Shown one piece after another: positions 55,050 to 64,000 of a stretch of DNA of 64,000 nucleotides. Position numbers and translations under genes: made by a program. Every line of letters starts with the position of its first letter. Position 1 is the stretch's first letter. This DNA comes from Candidatus Delongbacteria bacterium. GTDB lineage: Bacteria; CAIWAD01. The stretch lies in contig OY760505.1 of the NCBI GenBank assembly GCA_963663545.1, forward strand, positions 960,001 through 1,024,000, in the 5' to 3' direction. The notes beneath the pieces were generated by a model that searched no databases, was not told the DNA's origin, and saw only the letters and a list, made by a program, of their open reading frames with translations.

Positions 55050-56412
55050 GGCGTACCTCGCGCAATTGCCAGCGGCCCTTGCGCAGCGCATGGCCAATAT
55101 TGATGCGGCTGGGACAGACCCAAGTACAGATGCCGCAATCCAGGCAGCACTCGAGCCCGATGGCAGCCGCCTCCAAAAGACGCTGTTCCTCGATCAAATG
55201 CACCAGACGCGGAGGCGAAAGGTGGACCGGACAGGCGTCAAGGCAGTGCCCGCAGCTGATGCAGGCGTCCTCACGGAACACGGGCAACTCGACGCGCGGC
55301 CAAAGCTGCAAGCTGCGTTGTCCGGCCAGCAAGGGTACGACACCCAGCGTCAGCGGCGCGCCATCCAGCATGCCGCCCACCAAGAGTTGTCGTTGCAACT
55401 CGGGAAACTCCACGCTCTCACCCCGCAGGGCGTGCTGCAAACGCAGATAGATCCAGCTCAGCTCAGCGCCCTCGGGCGCCCAAACCTGCTTCGCCTCTCC
55501 CCTCTCGCGGTCATACCAGGTCAAGGGATGCAACAGACCGCCATCATCGTGTAACACGCGCTGCTGGGCTCGTAGCAGACGATCGGGGTCCATCACCAGA
55601 ATGCCCTGTGCCGCCAAAGGGCGCTGCGGGTCGGGAAAACGCTTTAACACCTGGGCAGCCCGCAAGCGTGCTCTGCTGGCGGGATAAGTGGGCGAAAGGG
55701 TTTCAATCTTGGCCTTGCACTCGGGCGGTAGCAAGTCCACCACCTGACGAGCCATGTCGCGGTCTTCTTGGGCCACATGCAGTTGGACTTGCTCAAAGTC
55801 TGCTAAACGCCACATCAACTCGATGCCAAGGGCCAGGTCGCTGCTACGCTCACGCAGGAGCCAGCTCAGCGTGTGCTGTCCGGGTTGGCATTCCAAGGCG
55901 TGCAGGATGAGGGTGGCTCCTCGCGGAAGCAGACGGCACTCCAGATCCAGCGGCAGCCCTTCCTGTCCGGCCAATCCCATCACGGCCAACTGTTTCAGCA
56001 ACTCGGTACGGCTCATGGTACGCCATGCGGGCACGGTCTGTCCAGCAGTCCGGGCCTGAAGCTCCGTCAGCACAACACACTGCATGCGCGTTTGCACGGC
56101 AGGCGTCTCACCTCCCAAACCGGCCACCAGAACCGGATGCAAACCTACATCGGCTACTCGTGCAGAAAGTGGGCTGATGCGCGGCCGCGAGAGCAAACCG
56201 CAAGGCTGTGACAAGGCCTGTCCCTCGCGCACCCAGTCGCCCGGACGCACGAGCGCGCGCGCCTCGTCGTAGCGCGAGCTCTGAATGGGTAGGATGAGTC
56301 GCGGTGGCAGATCATTCAGCACAAGGCTTTGTTCCGCCAGCAGGCTGCGCCCTGAAAGCAGGACGCCTTCCTGCAGTCTGAATCGAGGCATGGGGGGACC
56401 GCCAGAGCTCAA
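55039..56412 (-). CDS. rnfC: RnfC-like subunit, divergent
   Basis: VRPGDWVREGQ...ISPLSARV N-terminal domain; CISCGHCLDACP and CLDCGICTWVCPS clusters. Confidence 0.75.
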   Translation of the reverse strand: MSSGGPPMPRFRLQEGVLLSGRSLLAEQSLVLNDLPPRLILPIQSSRYDEARALVRPGDWVREGQALSQPCGLLSRPRISPLSARVADVGLHPVLVAGLGGETPAVQTRMQCVVLTELQARTAGQTVPAWRTMSRTELLKQLAVMGLAGQEGLPLDLECRLLPRGATLILHALECQPGQHTLSWLLRERSSDLALGIELMWRLADFEQVQLHVAQEDRDMARQVVDLLPPECKAKIETLSPTYPASRARLRAAQVLKRFPDPQRPLAAQGILVMDPDRLLRAQQRVLHDDGGLLHPLTWYDRERGEAKQVWAPEGAELSWIYLRLQHALRGESVEFPELQRQLLVGGMLDGAPLTLGVVPLLAGQRSLQLWPRVELPVFREDACISCGHCLDACPVHLSPPRLVHLIEEQRLLEAAAIGLECCLDCGICTWVCPSRINIGHALRKGRWQLREVRHAN

Positions 56413-56861
56413 TCGAGCCGTTTCAATTCGTCAATGAATTCCTGCACGTCCTGAAAGCGACGGTAAACCGAGGCAAAGCGAATGTACGCCACTTCGTCGA
56501 AGGCGCGAAGCTGCGAGAGTACGATCTCGCCCAACTCGCGACTGGTGATTTCGCCCGTGGCCACGGCCTGCAACTGCAACTCGCGCTCAATGCGGTCGAG
56601 CAACTCAACCACCTGTGCATCGTTGTGAGCACGCTTGGTCAGCGCCGACTCGACACCTCGACTGAGCTTCGCACGGCTGTAGAGCTCACGACTGCCGTCG
56701 CTCTTCTGCACGCTCAGCTGGGTGCCTTCGATGAATTCGTAGGTGGTAAACCGCGCCTGACACTGCATGCACTCGCGGCGGCGGCGGATGGCGCTGCCTT
56801 CGCGTGCGGGTCGGCTGTCGATCACTTTGTCCTCAAGATGACCGCATGCAGGACACTTCAT
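56409..56861 (-). CDS. nrdR: Transcriptional repressor NrdR
   Basis: MKCPAC, VIDSR, IRRRRECMQC..RFTTYE, VAYIRFASVY. Confidence 0.96.
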   Translation of the reverse strand: MKCPACGHLEDKVIDSRPAREGSAIRRRRECMQCQARFTTYEFIEGTQLSVQKSDGSRELYSRAKLSRGVESALTKRAHNDAQVVELLDRIERELQLQAVATGEITSRELGEIVLSQLRAFDEVAYIRFASVYRRFQDVQEFIDELKRLD

Positions 56862-56929
56862 GACCAGGTCCAGGATTCGGGGAAAAGGTGCCCGGCACAC
56901 GTGTGCCAGGCACCCTCCACATCTTCAGC

Positions 56930-58228
56930 TCACACGCGCAATTCGGGATACAGCGGGAATGCGGAGGCCAGCTCACGCACCTCGGCACGCACTGCGGCCA
57001 GGGTCTCCTCGCTCTTGTAATCCGCAACGACGCGGGAAATGAATCCGGCGATCTTGCGCATCTCGTCCTCCTTGAAGCCCCGGGTTGTCAGGGCCGGAGC
57101 ACCAATGCGCACACCGGAAGTGATCATCGGGCTACGCTCGTCAAAGGGCACCATGTTCTTGTTGACCGTGATGCCCGCCGCCTCAAGCGCCTTCTCGGTC
57201 GCTTTGCCGGAAACGCCCTTGTCGGTCAGATCCACCAGCACCAGATGGTTGTCCGTGCCGCCGGAGACCAGCTTGAAGTCATGGGAAAGCAGTGCCTGGG
57301 CCAGCGCCTGAGCATTGGCCTTGACCTGCTGGATGTACTGTTTGAACTCGGGACGCAGGCACTCACCAAAAGCGACGGCCTTGGCAGCGATGACGTGCAT
57401 CAGCGGACCGCCCTGGATTCCGGGCATGACCACGTTGTCCAGGATCTCACTCTGCTGCTTGACACGACCGGACTTGCGCGCAACTTCTCCGTGTACGTTG
57501 TCATAGTCTTTGCCCATAACAATCAGACCGCCACGCGGGCCGCGCAGAGTCTTGTGAGTCGTCGATGCGACAACATGCGCATGGGGCATCGGACTGCTGT
57601 GCTCACCAACAGCCACCAGACCGGCGATGTGCGCCATGTCCACAAAGAAGAAGGCGCCCACTTCATCGGCGATGGCGCGGATGCGCGGAAAATCGATTTC
57701 ACGCGGGTATGCGCTGGCACCGGCAACGATCATGCGCGGCTTGTGCTCGCGGGCCTGCGCGGCCAGCTGGTCATAGTCAATGGTACCCGTCTCGCGGCCA
57801 ACGCCGTAGGAGACGAAATTGTAGAGCTTGCCGGAGAAGTTTACAGGGCTGCCGTGCGTCAGGTGTCCGCCGTGGGCAAGATCCATGCCCAGCACTGTAT
57901 CACCGGGCTTGATGAAGCTCATGTAAACGGCCATGTTCGCCTGACTGCCCGAGTGAGGCTGTACGTTGGCGTACTCGCACTGGAAGAGCTCGCGGGCGCG
58001 GGCGCGGGCCAGATCTTCCACTTCGTCCACAAACTCACAACCACCGTAGTAGCGATTGCCCGGATAGCCCTCGGCGTACTTGTTCGTCATTACCCCGCCC
58101 TGGGCTTCCATCACGGAGAGGGAGGTAAAATTCTCCGACGCAATCATCTCGAGGTAATGGTCCTGGCGATCGTGCTCGTGGGCGATGATCGCACTGACCT
58201 GCGGATCGGTCTTTATCAGATGCTTCAT
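56930..58228 (-). CDS. glyA: Serine hydroxymethyltransferase
   Basis: [35 protein letters not shown]. Confidence 0.98.
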   Translation of the reverse strand: MKHLIKTDPQVSAIIAHEHDRQDHYLEMIASENFTSLSVMEAQGGVMTNKYAEGYPGNRYYGGCEFVDEVEDLARARARELFQCEYANVQPHSGSQANMAVYMSFIKPGDTVLGMDLAHGGHLTHGSPVNFSGKLYNFVSYGVGRETGTIDYDQLAAQAREHKPRMIVAGASAYPREIDFPRIRAIADEVGAFFFVDMAHIAGLVAVGEHSSPMPHAHVVASTTHKTLRGPRGGLIVMGKDYDNVHGEVARKSGRVKQQSEILDNVVMPGIQGGPLMHVIAAKAVAFGECLRPEFKQYIQQVKANAQALAQALLSHDFKLVSGGTDNHLVLVDLTDKGVSGKATEKALEAAGITVNKNMVPFDERSPMITSGVRIGAPALTTRGFKEDEMRKIAGFISRVVADYKSEETLAAVRAEVRELASAFPLYPELRV

Positions 58229-58743
58229 ACTTGCTCCTTGGCTCCTGCGCTCTCTGTCGGTCCTAATTCACGACCGATCAGTTCGCCCTGGTGGATCTGC
58301 TCCACCCGGCGGGCGTGGCGTCCGCCCTCAAATTCAGCCTCCAACCAATGCTGAAGGATATGCAGATTCTGTTCTTCGCTGCGCAACCTGGCCGCCAGCA
58401 CCAGGCAGTTGGCGTTGTTGTGCTGCCGCGACAGGCTGCCCTGCTCCACTTCGAGGCACAACGCGGCGCGCACTCCGGGCACTTTGTTGGCGACAATGGA
58501 AGCGCCAATGCCGGAACCGCAGGCGACCACGGCCAGCTCAAACTCGCCCTTGGCCAGCGCGCGTACACAAGGGAAAATCACCTGAGGATAATCGCAGGAA
58601 TCGGGGCCATGACAGCCGAAGTCGCGCACAATGGCTCCCTGCTCCTTGAACCACGCGGCCAAACGCAGTTTGAATTCCCAGGCGGCGTGATCCGTCGCCA
58701 GGCCGATCACGCGGCCCTTTAGTTCAACAGCCACTGGTAGCAC
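58225..58743 (-). CDS. rpiB: Ribose-5-phosphate isomerase B
   Basis: [41 protein letters not shown]; start may be the GTG at 58734. Confidence 0.93.
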   Translation of the reverse strand: MLPVAVELKGRVIGLATDHAAWEFKLRLAAWFKEQGAIVRDFGCHGPDSCDYPQVIFPCVRALAKGEFELAVVACGSGIGASIVANKVPGVRAALCLEVEQGSLSRQHNNANCLVLAARLRSEEQNLHILQHWLEAEFEGGRHARRVEQIHQGELIGRELGPTESAGAKEQV

Positions 58744-59978
58744 TCTTTTTTCGGCAGATCGTACTTGTTGAAGAAGCGGTCGCCGGCGGTAGGCAGCACT
58801 TCCTCAAGCGAACTCCGGCGGGCACGGGCCAGACTGCGGCTGCCATCGCTGACCTTGTCGTACTCATTGTAGGCCAATTCATACACCAGCTTGTCATCGA
58901 AATCCAGGCCTTCGGCGCTGGCGCACTGGTTCACGGCTTCTTCGTAGACATTGGCCATCAAGATGTAGCCCTTGCCGTACTCGGGGAAGCTACGCTCGCA
59001 GCGACGTGCCCAGTTGCGCGCATTCTTCAGCTGCCCCAGCTCCAGATAGGTGCGGCCCACCCGCTCCACCAAGTCGGCCTTGTCCCGCTGGATCTCCACC
59101 ATCTGCTCCAGCACCTGAACGGCCTCAGCCAAACGACTCAGCCCTTCAAGCGCGGTCGCTTTCATCTCCAGAGCGGGAACGGAAACGGGATCGGCAGCCA
59201 GCAGCTGCTCGACGAGCACCAGAGTTTCCTTGAAGGTCTCGGCGGTCGCGTACTCCACCAGAGCACGTGCCAGTTTGCGCGTGGTGTTAAGATCGTCGGG
59301 GAACTGCTCGTGGTTGCGACGCAGCGAGGCAATGATCTCTTCGGGATCGTAATGCTCCGCCAGAATGCGGTCCTTGGTCTTCGCATACTCGGCGTCCTCG
59401 GGCCGCAGGGTGATCAAGGTGTCCAGTACTTCCAGCACCCGGTCGTAGTCTTCGACGCTATCGCTGTCTTCGGCACGATCGAGGTAGATGTTCATGATGT
59501 CAGCGTGGGACTGCCAATCTTCGGGGTCCAAGGCGACGCAAGCCTTGAACTCGGCCAGGGCAGCGTTGGTATCGCCGCTCTGCTTCAGCAGCATACCCAG
59601 CACGCGGTGCTCGTAGTGCTCCTCAGGACGCAGTTCGACAGCCAGCTCAAGAAAGAAGCGCGCGGAATCGGGCATGGCAAGGTTGCTGTAGCAATCGGCC
59701 AGCTTCTTCAGGTCAGCCGAATACTCGTACTCGGTATCCATTTCAAACAGGCGCAGATAGTAGCTTTTGGCCTCTTCGTAATTGTTCTGCTTGTAATACT
59801 CGTAAGCAAAACTGCGCGCCTTGCGCATTTCCAGGTCCAGGGCCTGCCGCTCAGCCTCACTCAATTGGGCAGGGGCGGGCTTGGTCTCTTCGGTCGCAGT
59901 CTGGTAAGTCGTGTTGCAGGCTGCCAGCAGCAGCAGCGCCAGCAACATCATGCTCAGATGCGGGCAAAAGCGCTTCAT
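58719..59978 (-). CDS. Tetratricopeptide-repeat lipoprotein
   Basis: Lipobox LLAAC after a hydrophobic stretch; multiple TPR-like helices; GGAAGG RBS before ATG at 59978. Confidence 0.8.
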   Translation of the reverse strand: MKRFCPHLSMMLLALLLLAACNTTYQTATEETKPAPAQLSEAERQALDLEMRKARSFAYEYYKQNNYEEAKSYYLRLFEMDTEYEYSADLKKLADCYSNLAMPDSARFFLELAVELRPEEHYEHRVLGMLLKQSGDTNAALAEFKACVALDPEDWQSHADIMNIYLDRAEDSDSVEDYDRVLEVLDTLITLRPEDAEYAKTKDRILAEHYDPEEIIASLRRNHEQFPDDLNTTRKLARALVEYATAETFKETLVLVEQLLAADPVSVPALEMKATALEGLSRLAEAVQVLEQMVEIQRDKADLVERVGRTYLELGQLKNARNWARRCERSFPEYGKGYILMANVYEEAVNQCASAEGLDFDDKLVYELAYNEYDKVSDGSRSLARARRSSLEEVLPTAGDRFFNKYDLPKKECYQWLLN

Positions 59979-60010
59979 GATATTCCTTCCGGGTTGCTCT
60001 ATTGTTTGCA

Positions 60011-61240
60011 TCAATACTTCGGTCGATGGAACCACAGGTCGCGGGCCGTGATACTTGCGCCGATCGACCACCACTGGTTCTCGATGCCCTGCTCGTCCAC
60101 ATCACCAATGCCGCCGTAGGTCAGTGCCAGATCCAGCCAGGTGCCCGGCTTGCGCAAGGGGACTCCCAGGCCGCAACTGACCTGCCAGCTGCTCAGATCA
60201 TCATAGACATTGGTGCTCTTGTTGAAGAAGCGTGATACTTCCTCTTCGTAGCGGAAACCAGCACGCAGAATGAGTCTGCGATAGAGCGGCAAGGTAATGT
60301 CGTCGGTAGGCAGGAATTCCAGGCCCGTAGCAAAACCCAGGGCTGTATCACGCAGCTGTTCCTCTTCCTGGCCCATGTCCACATCGTCAAGATTGGTGTA
60401 GCTCATGTCCGCAGAGGCGCGGAAACGATGCCAGTTTTGTGTCACACCAGCCTCAAGGACCATGGGCATATCGGTGTGTCCAGCCTCAAACTGCTCATCG
60501 ATTTCGTAGGCCTTGTTCTCCAGGTCAATTCGATGATTGACGCTTGCCGTCGGCGTAAAAGCCAGTCCCAGCCCAGTGTTGCCATTCTGCCAGTGCAGGC
60601 CTAGGCGCGGACGGAATCCGCTCAGGCTGTTGCGATACTCCAGCCAGGTATCGTAGGGAGGTGCAACCGCCGGGTAATACACCTTCCACTTCTCCAGCAT
60701 GCTACCGAAAACCAACCCCAGCTCAAGGCCCACGTGCAGATGTTCCGCAAAGAAGCCACGGCTGAAGGTCAGGTGGACTACGCTGAAGCCGCCATCACCA
60801 CTGCGACTGTAAATGAACCTGCGACCATCGGCATCGGTAGAGTCGATGGCACTCGCATACTCCATGTGTGTCACGGGACGCATGCCGATGCCGGCGGATA
60901 CGTTCTGCCACACCAGCGGCATACCCAGCGCATAATTTCCCACGACGCCGCGCGACTGGTTATCGCTCTCGAGCGGTGTCTCGAAATGGTCGTTGACCAG
61001 GCCAAAGCCCAGTTGAAAGCGCGTGCGTCGTCCGGTGTGAAACACGGCCGGGTTGCGCACGTTGATGCGCATTGAATCCACCTGCGCCATGCCCGCGCCG
61101 CCACGGCCCATGTCGGCCACGTTCTCAGTCCAGACGGCGCTGCCATAGGGCGAGGCAGTAAACACACCGCCGGCAGCGGTGGCTTCGTGATACAAACCGC
61201 AGGCCAGGGCTGCCAGCAGGATCGGTGTCAGCTTGTTCAT
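60011..61240 (-). CDS. Outer-membrane beta-barrel protein (FadL/PorV-like)
   Basis: Signal peptide; MGRGGAG...NPA N-terminal pattern; amphipathic strands; C-terminal WF. Confidence 0.7.
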   Translation of the reverse strand: MNKLTPILLAALACGLYHEATAAGGVFTASPYGSAVWTENVADMGRGGAGMAQVDSMRINVRNPAVFHTGRRTRFQLGFGLVNDHFETPLESDNQSRGVVGNYALGMPLVWQNVSAGIGMRPVTHMEYASAIDSTDADGRRFIYSRSGDGGFSVVHLTFSRGFFAEHLHVGLELGLVFGSMLEKWKVYYPAVAPPYDTWLEYRNSLSGFRPRLGLHWQNGNTGLGLAFTPTASVNHRIDLENKAYEIDEQFEAGHTDMPMVLEAGVTQNWHRFRASADMSYTNLDDVDMGQEEEQLRDTALGFATGLEFLPTDDITLPLYRRLILRAGFRYEEEVSRFFNKSTNVYDDLSSWQVSCGLGVPLRKPGTWLDLALTYGGIGDVDEQGIENQWWSIGASITARDLWFHRPKY

Positions 61241-62553
61241 GGCCGCTCCCAGGGTGCACTATTGGTTTTAATGGAAAGCGAGGGCCGCAGGCTATCCGGG
61301 GCATCCGGACCCCAGACCCGCAGTTTTCTCACCGACTGTTCGTAATACCTGTCGTAGCGCACGCCCAGCGCAATGGGATCCGTCGTGGTGAAGGAATCCT
61401 CCTCCAGCCAAATGTCACGCAGCAGGCTGACAATATTAAAGCACAAGGTCTCGATGGGCTCATCATCATTGTTGAGCAGGCTGTCGTAGTCGGTGGCCAC
61501 CCACCAGTCCGGATCCAGTTCGCTGCCTTCGCGATAATCGCCGATGTAATACGCGTTGATCGCACCCTGTCCTGTGTTGTAGATGCGCTCCTTGAGATGC
61601 AAGGTTACCCAGGCGTCGCTGATGTTTCCCAGCAGGTAGTCGATGGGCTCACCTTCCTCGTCCAGCAGGGTGTTCCAGGGATCAAACTCCATCACCAAGT
61701 GCTGACCAGGGCCGCTGGACAGCCAGTAGCCATCCGGTTCGCCCACTTCCATGGCAATGCCCGACTGCCAGTCGCAGACCACAGAATCCACGTAGGACAC
61801 AAGCGGATTCTCCGTGTCCACCGTGTCCGCCGTCCACCAGCGCCAGCGCAGGTTGGGACGAATCTTGCTGGAAGCACCGTTAGCGTAGAAAGACAGCATG
61901 CCCGAGTTGTTCTCCGCAGGCTTCAACAGCAGCAAGCGGCTTGTAGTATCCGCCGAGTTGAACCACCAGCTGGGAATGGGGCGAATGGTGCGAATACCGG
62001 TGAGGGGATCGCCTTCATCACTTGTACTGTCGCGCTGATACACACGCACATTCACGCTATCCAGCACCGTAGTGTACAAGCCCTCCGCAGAATGGAAGTT
62101 GTTCCAGCGAATGGAGTCGGGGTCGGGAAATCCGTCCACGTCCAGGGCCTCATCGATTTGCTGCAGCAGGCAAAGAGTCAAATCGACATAGCCGCTGTCA
62201 TTGCTCATCTGCGTGATACGAATCGCCGAAGAATCGCCAATCACCTTCAAGCTGATGTAGGTGATCAAGCTGTCTACCTGACGCGAGGCGTTCCAGCTTT
62301 CAAGAGGCGTATAATCGAACTTCATGATCATCTCTGCGTGAAGTCCGAGTGTGTCGTTGTGGCCTACGACCTGACGCGGTGCGTAGCTCAAAATCTGGGG
62401 ATACATGTAGGTCCCCATCTGTGTCAGCGCGAGGGTGTCCCACGCGCCTGCAGGGTCACCACCGGGCTCAATGCCCAAGGTGGTCGTGCTCTCGTCGCAG
62501 CCCAGCATGGCAACGAAGGCCGCGAGGAGCAGGAAGCAGTAGAAGCGACGCAT
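61237..62553 (-). CDS. Acidic lipoprotein of unknown function (possibly DUF4270-like)
   Basis: Lipobox MLGC; Asp/Thr-rich; coupled to the barrel gene. Confidence 0.65.
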   Translation of the reverse strand: MRRFYCFLLLAAFVAMLGCDESTTTLGIEPGGDPAGAWDTLALTQMGTYMYPQILSYAPRQVVGHNDTLGLHAEMIMKFDYTPLESWNASRQVDSLITYISLKVIGDSSAIRITQMSNDSGYVDLTLCLLQQIDEALDVDGFPDPDSIRWNNFHSAEGLYTTVLDSVNVRVYQRDSTSDEGDPLTGIRTIRPIPSWWFNSADTTSRLLLLKPAENNSGMLSFYANGASSKIRPNLRWRWWTADTVDTENPLVSYVDSVVCDWQSGIAMEVGEPDGYWLSSGPGQHLVMEFDPWNTLLDEEGEPIDYLLGNISDAWVTLHLKERIYNTGQGAINAYYIGDYREGSELDPDWWVATDYDSLLNNDDEPIETLCFNIVSLLRDIWLEEDSFTTTDPIALGVRYDRYYEQSVRKLRVWGPDAPDSLRPSLSIKTNSAPWERP

Positions 62554-62712
62554 TGTATTCCTTGCTTTTCGGAAAACTCAAAATATAGCCGCCGACGGCG
62601 GTGCATACAAGGGAATGCGCCGCCTTGGTATGAGGATTCTGCTAATAAGGTGGCGTATCACGGGAGGACAGATTCTGTCCCTGCAACCGGCCCTCGTGCA
62701 AGACGAGATAGG

Positions 62713-62863
62713 GCAATGTTAAGATCCTGCACATTGCTGTTGTAGATCGGGCAGGCAAAGCTGACTTAAAGCTGACTCCGACCTCTACTTTCATGCTATC
62801 TAGTTGATTTTTAACATCTAACACAGAGTGCTGGATTGAGACACAATTGGCATTTGATTTGCA
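62713..62863 (+). promoter_or_regulatory. Sigma54 promoter with upstream enhancer palindrome and IHF-like site
   Basis: TGGCATTTGATTTGCA at 62848-62863 (GG-N10-GC); GCAATGT-N11-ACATTGC at 62713-62737; AATCAActagATA on the minus strand at 62797-62809. Confidence 0.75.
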
Positions 62864-62977
62864 TAGTCGATTCGTTGTGCCTGAATAAGACCTGAAAATC
62901 CATTCAATAATGCCCGCGTGCGACCCCCCGCGATTCGTCGTGCGTGCGTGGGAACCAAAACCAATTTAGGAGGGGAC

Positions 62978-63973
62978 ATGAACCTCAAGACGGGCAAGTT
63001 GCTTTGTTGCACCACCGCAATGCTGCTTGGTCCGAGCCTGCTCTATTCCGCCCCAATTGCGTTCACGGGTGATGTGCCGACGGATTTCGCCGCCACACCG
63101 GTTTCGCAGATCATTGCCGACGGTCTGGATATCCCGATGCCAGACGGGCTGATCAGTGGTTGGGACATCAACAACGTCTACGTATCCTACAGTGACACCG
63201 AAGATCTGCTTCAGATCGGCATGGATTTCTTTGGGATTGCAGGCGACGTGGATGGCGATGGAATTGACGGACACTCGGCTGACTGGCTGATTGCACACAA
63301 TGGACAAGATGCCCCTTATCTGGGTGGCGCAGAGTCCATTTCGATCATTTTCGATTTCGATCAGGATCTGACCTATGATCTGATCGCGGGCGTACCGATG
63401 ATTGTTGATGCAAGCGGGTATGTAGTAGCGGACTTCATCGGTCCCGATTACATGCAGTCCATCGGCTTCGGGCCTTCCATGCCGTATTATGATGGTGGAC
63501 ACTTCTACGCGCCTGTTACAGAGACGCCTGATTTCGAGCTGTCCATTGCTCATTTCTCGGAATTGGACGAGAAGCTGGATGACAGCTACTGCTTTAACTT
63601 CCGCATTGTTGCGGGTGCCGGTGGCGGCTTCGACAATGGTATTGGCGAAGATATCGTCTTTGGAACCCTCTGCATCGAGGATAAGGAAGTTGCTTTCGCT
63701 GAAGCGCCCAGCACAATTGAGTTGCTGCAAGTCTGGCCCAACCCCTTCAACCCGACAACGACCGTGCACTTCTCATTGGCTGAGACAACTCAGGCCAGTC
63801 TGAGGGTCTACGATCTGACGGGGCGTGAAGTGGCTGTGTTGGTCGATGGTTTGACGGCTTCCGGCGAGCATCAGGTCAGCTTCTCCGGTAGCGATCTTGC
63901 CAGCGGCATCTACTTGGCGGTACTGCAGACCGAGACCGATACCCAGGTCCAGCGTCTGACCCTGCTCAAGTAG
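62978..63973 (+). CDS. Secreted acidic protein with T9SS-A-like C-terminal sorting domain
   Basis: AGGAGG RBS; signal peptide; DVDGDGIDG motif; WPNPFNPTT...LASGIYL...RLTLLK. Confidence 0.85.
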   Translation: MNLKTGKLLCCTTAMLLGPSLLYSAPIAFTGDVPTDFAATPVSQIIADGLDIPMPDGLISGWDINNVYVSYSDTEDLLQIGMDFFGIAGDVDGDGIDGHSADWLIAHNGQDAPYLGGAESISIIFDFDQDLTYDLIAGVPMIVDASGYVVADFIGPDYMQSIGFGPSMPYYDGGHFYAPVTETPDFELSIAHFSELDEKLDDSYCFNFRIVAGAGGGFDNGIGEDIVFGTLCIEDKEVAFAEAPSTIELLQVWPNPFNPTTTVHFSLAETTQASLRVYDLTGREVAVLVDGLTASGEHQVSFSGSDLASGIYLAVLQTETDTQVQRLTLLK

Positions 63974-64000
63974 CACTCTACTATTAGAATGCACAGGGGA

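Noticed and set aside
51750..56412. Calling the Rnf-like genes pseudogenes
   Set aside because: No frameshifts or internal stops, near-normal lengths, preserved coupling and selectively retained Fe-S motifs

Overview
Bacterial chromosomal segment, about 56-57% GC by eye, translated with the standard bacterial code and mostly encoded on the minus strand. The many secreted proteins ending in a PNPFNP...TLLK FlgD-Ig/T9SS-type-A-like domain suggest an FCB-superphylum lineage (inference; the 16S here can test it). Contents: housekeeping genes (pdxK, lgt, glnS, queG, rnr, prmC, prfA, rpmE, rho, maeB, uvrA, hemW, nrdR, glyA, rpiB), a complete 16S-tRNA-Ile-tRNA-Ala-23S-5S operon, and signalling genes (HDOD, GAF/HD-GYP, a beta-propeller histidine kinase with a sigma54 activator). 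Most notable: (1) the 7-mer GTGATAC/GTATCAC occurs about 100 times by hand count versus about 7 expected, on both strands, mostly inside genes, and I found none in the rRNA operon, a HIP1/DUS-like pattern; (2) a 13.3 kb tandem array of six divergent LVIVD-repeat secreted proteins whose C-terminal sorting domains are near-identical and mosaic at DNA level; (3) an intact but cofactor-degenerate Rnf-like operon lacking rnfG; (4) a full sigma54 promoter, enhancer and IHF-like architecture in front of a CTD-tagged secreted protein; (5) a candidate structured RNA upstream of the array. No transposase, integrase, CRISPR array or reverse transcriptase was seen.
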